Shown here in pieces: positions 8,627-16,421 of a stretch of 32,959 nucleotides of DNA. Positions within the stretch are counted from its first letter, which is position 1. Each line of letters starts with the position of its first letter. A program made the translations under genes and the position numbers. The notes beneath the pieces were generated by a model. It had not been told where the DNA came from, searched no databases, and saw only the letters and a program-made list of their open reading frames with translations. Origin of the DNA: Haloarculaceae archaeon (GTDB lineage: Archaea; Halobacteriota; Halobacteria; Halobacteriales; Haloarculaceae); contig JAHENN010000119.1 of assembly GCA_018609665.1 (NCBI GenBank), positions 1-32,959 of the forward strand, in the 5' to 3' direction.

Positions 8627-8720
8627 GCTCGTGACGTGGTAACACCCACGTAGTCTTAAACGCCACGCCGCCGCAGGCAGCCGCCAGACCTTTCAATTCG
8701 ACCCACACGGTGTGGAACGT

Positions 8721-8976
8721 ATGGTAGCGGACGGACCGACGGTCCGGGTCGGCCACCACGGCGGCGCGGGCGCCGACGGCCTCGCGACGGACGCCCGCTG
8801 TGTGCCCCGCCGCGTCGACAGCGACATCGGCGACGCAACTCGACCACGGCGCCGGCCTCGGCCTGTGGGTCGCCCGCTGGGTGCTCGAGGGCGTCGGCGG
8901 CCGCCTGCTGTTCGACGACGTCGACGAGGGGACCGTCGTCAGGCTCCGGCTCCGGCGGGCGGAGGCGTCAGCGTGA
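8721..8976 (+). pseudogene. Relic of sensor histidine kinase C-terminal ATPase (HATPase_c) domain
   Basis: The frame 8800-8976 reads ...ATQLDHGAGLGLWVARWVLEGVGGRLLFDDVDEGTVVRLRLRRA (G2 box and terminal strands). The ATG at 8721 (MVADGPTVRV) is in another frame. No H-box or N-box. Confidence 0.6.
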
Positions 8977-9001
8977 AGCCCGCGGCGGCCGACCCCCCGG
9001 C

Positions 9002-9613
9002 ATGGACGTCACCAACGTGACCGCCGGCGCGGAGTCGTTCACCTGCAACGCCTACCTTGTCGAGGGCGACCGCACGGCGCTGGTCGACGCCGGCGCCATG
9101 GAGGGCGTCGTCGACGTCGTCGGCGGTCGGGTCGACGACCTCGACGCCGTCGTGCTCACCCACCAGCACGGCGACCACGTCGCCCGGCTGGCGGCGGTGC
9201 TGGACGCCTTCGAGGCGCCGCTGTACGCCTTCGACGACCACCCCCGCCGGACGCACGAACTGGACGACGGCGACCAGGTCTTCCTCGGCGACGAGGCCTT
9301 CGACGTCGTCCACACGCCGGGCCACGCCGACGACCACGTCTCCCTTGTCTCCGGGGCGACGCTGTTCAGCGGCGACGTCGTCGTCCACGACGACGGCGCC
9401 TTCGACGACGGCAGCTTCGGCCGGACCGACATGGCCGGCCAGTCCCGCGAGCGGCTCATCGACAGCATCGAGACGCTGCTGGAGCGGATGCCCGACGACG
9501 TCGAACACATGTACGCCGGCCACGGCGGGACGTTCCACGGCGACGTCCGCGACGTCGTCGAGACGGCCCTGGAGCGGGCCGAGAAGCGCGAACCGAAGTA
9601 CCCCGACGAGTGA
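9002..9613 (+). CDS. Metallo-beta-lactamase-fold hydrolase (glyoxalase II-like)
   Basis: Motifs THQHGDH, HTPGH, FSGD, GRTD and terminal GHG. Confidence 0.92.
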   Translation: MDVTNVTAGAESFTCNAYLVEGDRTALVDAGAMEGVVDVVGGRVDDLDAVVLTHQHGDHVARLAAVLDAFEAPLYAFDDHPRRTHELDDGDQVFLGDEAFDVVHTPGHADDHVSLVSGATLFSGDVVVHDDGAFDDGSFGRTDMAGQSRERLIDSIETLLERMPDDVEHMYAGHGGTFHGDVRDVVETALERAEKREPKYPDE

Positions 9614-9616
9614 CGG

Positions 9617-10489
9617 TCAGGACGGCGTCCCGGCGCCGGTGACCGTCACCGTCCGCTCGGCGGCGACGTGCCCGCGTAGCCGCAGCGCCACCGGCCCGTC
9701 CTCGCTCGTCGTGTACCGCGTGTCGAGCGACCGCCCGAGCGTGACCGTCTCGCCGGCCTCGACCGTCCGCTCCAGGAGGTGCGACTCGTCGTCGTCGGCG
9801 ATGCGCTCCGTCGGCCAGTACAGCGCCGCGAGGAACCGGCCGTCCGTCCCGGAGACGTTCCGCACGGTCACCGACGTCGACAGCGGCTCGCCCTGCTCGA
9901 CCTCCCCGGGCGCGTCGAAGGATTCCAGTTCGTAGCGCGGTTCCGGCGCGGCGAGCGTCCGCCGGGCCGTCTCGCCGAGCGGCCACGGGCCCGCGTCGCC
10001 GTCGTACCGTATCTCCGGGTCCGACGCCGACAGCGGCGAGGGGACGACGAACGCCAGCACCGCCGTCGTTCCCGGGCCGAACCCGCCGCCGCCGAGCGGC
10101 TGGCCCTTCCGGCCGGCGACGCTCCGGTTGAGCCCGCCGACGGTGTCGGGCAGCCCGGGGGCGTAGGCCTCGCCGCCGGCCGTGAATGTGAACTCCCCGG
10201 CCGTGGTGCCGGCCCCGGTGACGACGGACGCGACGACGTACTGGCGCCCCTCGGCGGCGAGGACGCCGCCGGACCCCATCGTCGACTCGTAGGAGACCGC
10301 CTTCCGGGCGCCGATGTCGGTGACCGCGACGCCGTCCGGCGGCGCCGTCGGCGTCTCCCGGCGGTCGGTCGGCGTCTCGCCGTCGGTCGGCGTCACGTTG
10401 CCGTCCGGCGCGTCGTCGCCCGACGTACACCCTGCCGTCGCGGCCAGCAGCGACCCGACGCCGGCGAGGTAGCTCCGTCTGGAGGGCAT
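9617..10489 (-). CDS. Hypothetical Tat-exported lipoprotein with beta-sandwich-like C-terminus
   Basis: MPSRRSYLAGVGSLLAATAGC (twin-arginine motif plus lipobox), Pro/Thr linker, C-terminal VTVRNVSGTDG segment of CARDB/Ig-like character. Confidence 0.8.
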   Translation of the reverse strand: MPSRRSYLAGVGSLLAATAGCTSGDDAPDGNVTPTDGETPTDRRETPTAPPDGVAVTDIGARKAVSYESTMGSGGVLAAEGRQYVVASVVTGAGTTAGEFTFTAGGEAYAPGLPDTVGGLNRSVAGRKGQPLGGGGFGPGTTAVLAFVVPSPLSASDPEIRYDGDAGPWPLGETARRTLAAPEPRYELESFDAPGEVEQGEPLSTSVTVRNVSGTDGRFLAALYWPTERIADDDESHLLERTVEAGETVTLGRSLDTRYTTSEDGPVALRLRGHVAAERTVTVTGAGTPS

Positions 10490-10554
10490 CGTCGCGACGG
10501 ACGGCCGGAGCATAAAAGTCGGTACCGGAGGGTCAAACGGGCGTCGTACCCTCG

Positions 10555-10704
10555 CTACGCGGCGCGGCGTTCCTTGGCCTTCGGCCGGAGGTTCTTGTAG
10601 CCGCACTTCCGGCAGCTGTCGGCCCGCTCGGGGTTCCGGGCGTTGCAGCGCATGCAGATCATCTTCTCGAGGATGCGCTCTTCGGCCTCGTCGAACTTAG
10701 CCAT
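10555..10704 (-). CDS. rpl40e: 50S ribosomal protein L40e (not in ORF track)
   Basis: Reads [49 protein letters not shown], with the L40e C4 zinc-finger signature. Confidence 0.97.
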   Translation of the reverse strand: MAKFDEAEERILEKMICMRCNARNPERADSCRKCGYKNLRPKAKERRAA

Positions 10705-10778
10705 GTGAGAGGACAGGCGGTGCCGCCGCATAAAGCTGACCGTTCGTGTTTATGTCGCTCGCGCCCCACCGCCGGAGC

Positions 10779-11819
10779 ATGTACGACCGACTCGCCGGAC
10801 TGTCCCTCTCGGTCGACGAGTACACTCTGTCGGCCGCCTCGCTGGACACCTCGAGCGGCTTCACCCGCGTCTCGACGACCGTCGAACTCGCCGGCGGCGG
10901 CGAGACCGGCCGCGGCGAGGACGTGGGGTACGGGGCCGACGACCAGCGGCGCTTCCAGGAGCGGTACGGTGACGGCGGCCTCGACCTCGCCGGCGAGTAC
11001 ACCCTCGCGGGCTTCTCGGAGCATCTCGAAACCGTGGAGTTCTTTCCGGAGCCGCCGGAGAACGAGGCCGACCGCCACTACCGGCGGTGGGCCCTCGAGA
11101 GCGCGGCGCTCGATCTGGCGCTCCGGCAGGCCGACACGGACCTCGGGAGCGTTCTCGGGGAGACGTACGACCCCGTCCGGTTCGTGGTCAGCACGCGGCT
11201 GGAGTCGCCGGACCGCCTCGACGGGATACGCGCGGTCCACCCGGGTGTGGAGTTCAAGCTCGATCCGACGGACGAGTGGGACCGGCCGTTCGTCGAGGCC
11301 GTCGCCGAGCGCGGCGGCGTCCGGGTGCTGGACCTGAAGGGACGGTACGAGGGCACCGAGGTCGACGGCTCGGCCGACCCGGCGCTGTACCGCCGTCTCT
11401 TCGAGGCCTTCCCGGAGGCCGTCGTCGAGGACCCGGCGATGACCGAGGCGACCCGCCCGCTCGTCGAGGACGTCGCCGGGCGCGTCGCCTGGGACGTCCC
11501 GATAACCGGCGTCGAGAGCGTCGCGGCGCTGCCGTTCGAGCCGGAGTGGCTCAACATCAAGCCCTCGCGGTTCGGGACGGTGCGGTCGCTGCTCGGGACC
11601 GTCGAACACTGCCGGGAGCGGGACATCGAACTCTACGGCGGCGGCCAGTTCGAACTCGGCGTCGGCCGGGGGCAGATACAGGCGCTCGCGTCGCTGTTCT
11701 ACCCCACGGCGCCGAACGACGTCGCGCCGGGTGGCTACAACGCGGCAGCGCTGGCCGACGACCTGCCGACGAGCCCGCTGGAGCCGCCGGCCGATCTCTC
11801 CGGCTTCCGCTGGGGGTGA
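10779..11819 (+). CDS. Enolase-superfamily (MR/MLE-like) protein of unknown function
   Basis: Capping domain (GETGRGE, ALESAALDLAL) and barrel motifs FKLD, DLKG, VEDP, AWD and NIKPSRFG. Confidence 0.8.
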   Translation: MYDRLAGLSLSVDEYTLSAASLDTSSGFTRVSTTVELAGGGETGRGEDVGYGADDQRRFQERYGDGGLDLAGEYTLAGFSEHLETVEFFPEPPENEADRHYRRWALESAALDLALRQADTDLGSVLGETYDPVRFVVSTRLESPDRLDGIRAVHPGVEFKLDPTDEWDRPFVEAVAERGGVRVLDLKGRYEGTEVDGSADPALYRRLFEAFPEAVVEDPAMTEATRPLVEDVAGRVAWDVPITGVESVAALPFEPEWLNIKPSRFGTVRSLLGTVEHCRERDIELYGGGQFELGVGRGQIQALASLFYPTAPNDVAPGGYNAAALADDLPTSPLEPPADLSGFRWG

Positions 11820-11848
11820 GCACCGGCCTGCGTCGCCGAGACGACGGC

Positions 11849-12346
11849 TCACTCCTCGGCGAGGTACTCCTCCTGGACGGCGACGACCGCCGCGGAGTCC
11901 GCACAGTCGGCGTACCGCCGCAGCGGCTCGTCGTTCAGCTCGAGGAACGTGTGGCCCCAGGTGAACTTGCCGAGGATTTCGGCGGCCCGCTCGCGGCGCC
12001 CGAGGATGCAGAGCGCGCCGGCGAACGCCTCGACGGTGTTGAGTCGGAACGGCGTCCCGTAGCTGACGGGGTTGGCGGCCACGAGGAAGGGCAGCGCGCG
12101 GTGGGGGCCGTCGAGCCGGAAGGCCTCGGCGTCGGCCGTCTTCCAGGAGCAGTCTAGCGCCACGAGCCGGTCGCCGGGCGGGTCGTCGGCCGGCGACAGC
12201 GCCACGTCGGCGTGGGGGTCCAGCACGACGCCGGCCGGCGTCGCCCGCGCCGAGCGGTGCAGCGCCGCCAGGTCGAACCGGGCGAGCTTCCGCGCCGAGC
12301 ACTTCTCGGGGTCGTCGTCGCCCTCGTAGCGGACGTGCAGGTCCAC
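11849..12346 (-). CDS. tsr3: 16S rRNA aminocarboxypropyltransferase (DUF367)
   Basis: Motifs [44 protein letters not shown] and [12 protein letters not shown]. Confidence 0.93.
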   Translation of the reverse strand: MDLHVRYEGDDDPEKCSARKLARFDLAALHRSARATPAGVVLDPHADVALSPADDPPGDRLVALDCSWKTADAEAFRLDGPHRALPFLVAANPVSYGTPFRLNTVEAFAGALCILGRRERAAEILGKFTWGHTFLELNDEPLRRYADCADSAAVVAVQEEYLAEE

Positions 12347-12426
12347 GGCCGTCGTTGGCCGCCGGCACGGAAAAGCCGCTCGCGGCCCGCCGCCGGATAC
12401 TTCGGCGCCGCGGTCCTACCTCGCGC

Positions 12427-12756
12427 ATGGACGGTTCCGAGGCGGCCCGCGAGTACTACCGCGCCATCGACGAGGACGACTACGCGGCGCTGTCGGCGCT
12501 TCTCGTCGACGACTTCGTCCACGAGCGGCCGGACCGGACGGTCGAAGGCCGGGAGGCGTTCGTCTCGTTCATGCGCTCCGGCCGGCCGGAGACCGACACC
12601 GAACACGTCCTCGATGCGGTGTACGAGAGCGGCGACCGGGTGGCCGCCGAGGGGCGGCTGCTCCGGTCGGACGGCACCGAGTGGTTCGGCTTCGTCGACG
12701 TCTTCGTCGTCGACGACGACGTCAGGCGGCTGCGGACCTACACCGACGGCGGCTGA
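12427..12756 (+). CDS. NTF2/SnoaL-like domain protein
   Basis: YYRAIDEDDYAALSALLVDDFVHERP...EGREAF...VAAEG...FVDVF pattern. Confidence 0.85.
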   Translation: MDGSEAAREYYRAIDEDDYAALSALLVDDFVHERPDRTVEGREAFVSFMRSGRPETDTEHVLDAVYESGDRVAAEGRLLRSDGTEWFGFVDVFVVDDDVRRLRTYTDGG

Positions 12757-12832
12757 CCCGCGCTGACCGTCCGCCGCCGACCGCGAACGCCGCCGGAGTC
12801 AGTCTTATTCCCGCCGACGCCGTACTACACGC

Positions 12833-13075
12833 ATGGCTCCCTGGGAGGCGCTCGCGGCGTACGCGCTCATCCTCGTGGCGGCGGCGCTGCTCGGGTGGCT
12901 CCCGTTCCGGGTTCTCGAGTACATCTCCATCGTCGACCGGCTGGACGCGGCCGACGCGGTCAGCGGCCGGCGCGTCTCCGACTCCCGGGTGACGTGTCCC
13001 GGCTGCGGGGCGGTCAACGAGACCGGCTACGACCGCTGTGGCTCCTGCGGCGGCCGGCTGCTCGTCGACGACTGA
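12833..13075 (+). CDS. Small membrane-anchored zinc-ribbon (CPxCG-type) protein
   Basis: N-terminal hydrophobic helix followed by CPGCGAVNETGYDRCGSCGGRL. Confidence 0.8.
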   Translation: MAPWEALAAYALILVAAALLGWLPFRVLEYISIVDRLDAADAVSGRRVSDSRVTCPGCGAVNETGYDRCGSCGGRLLVDD

Positions 13076-13084
13076 CGGCGCCGG

Positions 13085-14458
13085 CTACCCGTCGCCGACG
13101 GCCGACTCGCCGACCTCCTCGCCGCCGTCGATGCGCTCGATTCCGCCCATGTACGGCCGCAGCGGCTCCGGCACGGTGACGGTGCCGTCGTCGTTCTGGT
13201 AGTACTCCATGATCGCGACGACGACCCGCGGCACCGCGACGCCGGAGCCGTTCAGCGTGTGGAGGTACTCCGCCGATTCGTGTTCCTCGGGGCGGTACTG
13301 GATGCTCGCCCGGCGCGCCTGGAACGCCTCGAAGTTCGACACCGACGACACCTCCAGCCACCGGCCGCCGGCGTCGGGTCCGTCGGACATGTCGTCGGCC
13401 GGCGCCCACACCTCGACGTCGTACTTCTTCGCCTGCGTGAACCCCATGTCGCCGGTGCACATCTCCAGCACGCGGTAGGGGAGTCCGAGCCGCTCGAGCA
13501 CCGTCGTCGCCTCCCCGACCAGCCCCTCCAAGCGGTCGTAGCTGTCCGCCGGGCGGACGAAGTTCACGAGTTCGACCTTGTTGAACTGGTGGACGCGGAC
13601 GATGCCGCGGGTCTCGGTGCCGTGTTCGCCGGCCTCCCGCCGGAAGTTCGGCGAGTAGGCGACGTGCTTGATCGGCAGGTCGTCGTCCAGCAGTATCTCC
13701 CCGCGGTACATGTTGGTGACCGGCACCTCGGCGGTCGGCAGCAGCCAGAGGTCGTCGTCGTCGTACGGCTCCTCGTTGGCGCCGCCGAGCCGGTAGGCGT
13801 CCTCGACGAACTTCGGGAACTGGCCGGTGCCGCGCATCGACGCCGAGTTGACCGGAACCGGCGGGAAGACGTCGGTGTAGCCGTGCTCGGTCCGGTGGAG
13901 GTCGAGCATGAACTGCACGAGGGCGTGCTCGAGGCGGGCGCCCTCGCCTTTCGCGACGTAGAAGCCGCCGCCGGCGACCTTCGCGCCGCGGTCGAAGTCC
14001 AGCACGTCCAGCTCCTCGCCGAGGTCGTAGTGCGGGACGACCGGGTCGGGCAGCCCGCGGCGGTCCTCGAGGCCCCACCGTCGGACCTCGACGTTGTCGG
14101 ACTCGTCGTCGCCGACCGGCGCGTCGGGGTGGGGGACGTTCGGCAGCTCGAGCAGCCGTTCCTCGAGTTCGGCCTCCAGCTCGTCGGCCCGCTCCTCGAC
14201 GGCCGCCAGCTCCTCCTTCAGCTCCTGGGAGCGCTCGATGGCTTCCGCGGCGGCTTCCTCGTCGCCCTCGCGTTTGAGCTCGCCGATCTCGCCGGAGACC
14301 TCGTTTCGCCGCCGCCTGAGGTCGTCGCCCTCGGCCTTCAGCTCCCGCCACTCCTCGTCCACCTCGAGGAGCCGCTCGAGATCGACGTCGACGCCCTTCG
14401 TCTCGAGGGCGCGGCGGACCTCCTCGGGGTTGTCCCTGACGAACTGCCTGGACAGCAT
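13085..14458 (-). CDS. serS: Serine--tRNA ligase
   Basis: N-terminal coiled coil, LPNVPH, LLPTAEVP, FRREAGEHG.ETRGIVRVHQFNKVE, EVSSVSN and HTLNGSG; start at MLSRQF. Confidence 0.97.
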   Translation of the reverse strand: MLSRQFVRDNPEEVRRALETKGVDVDLERLLEVDEEWRELKAEGDDLRRRRNEVSGEIGELKREGDEEAAAEAIERSQELKEELAAVEERADELEAELEERLLELPNVPHPDAPVGDDESDNVEVRRWGLEDRRGLPDPVVPHYDLGEELDVLDFDRGAKVAGGGFYVAKGEGARLEHALVQFMLDLHRTEHGYTDVFPPVPVNSASMRGTGQFPKFVEDAYRLGGANEEPYDDDDLWLLPTAEVPVTNMYRGEILLDDDLPIKHVAYSPNFRREAGEHGTETRGIVRVHQFNKVELVNFVRPADSYDRLEGLVGEATTVLERLGLPYRVLEMCTGDMGFTQAKKYDVEVWAPADDMSDGPDAGGRWLEVSSVSNFEAFQARRASIQYRPEEHESAEYLHTLNGSGVAVPRVVVAIMEYYQNDDGTVTVPEPLRPYMGGIERIDGGEEVGESAVGDG

Positions 14459-14578
14459 TTCCCGGCGGTTCGCCGCGGCCGGGCAAAGTCGTGTCGGTGC
14501 CGTGAGGGTGCGTGACCCCGAGACGGCGACCAGAGAGGTGACGACAGACCGAAGTGGGGGGCCGGCGTTGCCCCGCGC

Positions 14579-15439
14579 ATGATAGAGCAGTACCTCGAGC
14601 GGCTCTTCACCTGGGAGAGCCTCGAGAACACCGACCGCGGGGTCGAGTTCGAGCTGAAGAACCGGCTCATCGAGGCGGAGTTCGAGGGCGTCACGACGGC
14701 GAAGATCGACGGCGAGGCCGTCGCCGCCGAGGACGTCACGCTCGAACTGGCCGACGACGAGCGGTACACGGCCGACGAGATAACGCCGGAGTCGCCGCTG
14801 GCGCTGGACCTCGCGGAGACCGTCCAGGTGGTGCTGAACCGCCCGCGGCTCCGGCTCGGCGTCCACGAGATCGAACTCGGGCTCCGGGTCGAGGGGTACG
14901 GCGAGGTCGGCTTCACCACCGACGACGAGGTCCGGCCGGAGGACCTCGTCGACGTCGACCCGGCCGACTACACCGTCGACGAACTGCGGACGCTCGTCGC
15001 CGAGATCACCGAGCCGGAGTCCCTCGAGCGGCTGCTGGAGCGGGAGCGGGCGGGGCCCGACCGGACGACGGCGGTCGCGGCGCTCGAAGACCGGCTGGCG
15101 GACGCCGAGCCGCTGACCGAGGCGGAGATGGTTCGCTCGGAGCCGACGACCAAGGACGGCGGCAGCAACCTGGTCAACGACCTGCTCGTGGAGGTGCTGG
15201 AGTCCCCGCAGCGGGTGTCGGTCTACCTGGCCGTCCAGGCGCTCGGCTCGGGGACGCCGGAGGAGATCGCCGCCCGGACGGTCCTGCCGGAGAGCACCGT
15301 CCGGTCGACGCTGGAGGACCTCGAGCGGGAGGACCTCGCCGAGCGGACCGGCGACGGCGGCTACAGCGTCGTCTCCCCGGTCAAGGTGCTCCAGAAGCGC
15401 CAGCAGGACCTCTGGACGGTCCTCCGGAGCACCCTCTAG
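14579..15439 (+). CDS. Putative transcriptional regulator: beta-rich N-domain, short helical module and TrmB-like winged HTH
   Basis: Acidic with typical codon usage. The C-terminal RVSVYLAVQALGSGTPEEIAARTVLPESTVRSTLEDLEREDLAER is a wHTH. Confidence 0.8.
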   Translation: MIEQYLERLFTWESLENTDRGVEFELKNRLIEAEFEGVTTAKIDGEAVAAEDVTLELADDERYTADEITPESPLALDLAETVQVVLNRPRLRLGVHEIELGLRVEGYGEVGFTTDDEVRPEDLVDVDPADYTVDELRTLVAEITEPESLERLLERERAGPDRTTAVAALEDRLADAEPLTEAEMVRSEPTTKDGGSNLVNDLLVEVLESPQRVSVYLAVQALGSGTPEEIAARTVLPESTVRSTLEDLEREDLAERTGDGGYSVVSPVKVLQKRQQDLWTVLRSTL

Positions 15440-15468
15440 GTTTTATCCGGCGACGTGATAACCCCGAC

Positions 15469-16368
15469 ATGGCAATCGGTGACGTCGTCGAGGTCGAGAG
15501 GGTGCCGGACTGCTACCACGTCGACACCGGCATGTACGGGACCGCCGACTACGGCTCGGTCTACCTGCTGGACGCCGAGCGACCGGCGATAGTCGACTCG
15601 GGCATCGGGACGAACTACGAGCGGGTGCTCGAGGGGCTGGCGTCGGTCGGCATCGCGCCGGCCGACCTCGAGGCCATCGTGCTGACGCACGTCCACCTCG
15701 ACCACGCCGGCGGCGCGGGGTTCATCGCCGCCGAGACCGGCGCCGACGTCTACGCCCACGCCGACGGCGCCGACTTCCTCTCCGACCCGGAGCCGCTGTG
15801 GGAGGGGACGAAGGCGGCCGTCGGCGACCAGATACGCCACTACACGGAGCCGGAGCCGGTGCCGGCCGACGCCGTCGAGCCGGTGCGCGACGGCGACGCC
15901 GTCGACCTCGGGTCGACGACGCTTGCGGTCCACCACGCCCCCGGCCACGCCTTCCACCAGGTCGTCTTCGAGGACCCGGAAGCCGACGCCGTCTACACCG
16001 CCGACGCGGCCGGCATCTACGTCCCCACGTTCGACGCGGTCCGGGAGACGACGCCGCCGCCGGGGTTCGACCTCGAACAGGTCGTCGCCGACGCCCGGAT
16101 GATCGCGGGGCTGGAGCCGGAGACGCTCTGTTACGCCCACTTCGGCGCCGTGTCTGCCGACGACCGCCTCTCGGAGTACGTCGACGTCATCACCCGGTGG
16201 GTCGAGGCGGTCGACCGGAAGCGCGCGGAGCTGGACGACGACGCGGCCGTCGTCGAGCACTTCGTCGAGGCCGCCGACGTCGGCGAAGCGTGGGGCGAGG
16301 AGAAGGCCGCCGGCGAGGTCGCGATGAACGTCCGCGGCGTCATGGCGTACCTCGACGACCGGGCGTAG
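15469..16368 (+). CDS. Metallo-beta-lactamase-fold hydrolase
   Basis: Motifs THVHLDHAGG, HAPGHAFHQ, TADAAG and YAHFG; TATA-like TTTTAT at 15441-15446 before MAIGD. Confidence 0.92.
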   Translation: MAIGDVVEVERVPDCYHVDTGMYGTADYGSVYLLDAERPAIVDSGIGTNYERVLEGLASVGIAPADLEAIVLTHVHLDHAGGAGFIAAETGADVYAHADGADFLSDPEPLWEGTKAAVGDQIRHYTEPEPVPADAVEPVRDGDAVDLGSTTLAVHHAPGHAFHQVVFEDPEADAVYTADAAGIYVPTFDAVRETTPPPGFDLEQVVADARMIAGLEPETLCYAHFGAVSADDRLSEYVDVITRWVEAVDRKRAELDDDAAVVEHFVEAADVGEAWGEEKAAGEVAMNVRGVMAYLDDRA

Positions 16369-16421
16369 CCACGGCGGGGGTTTATTCGGGGAGCGGTGGT
16401 AGTGCCGACGGAGCGAACCCA

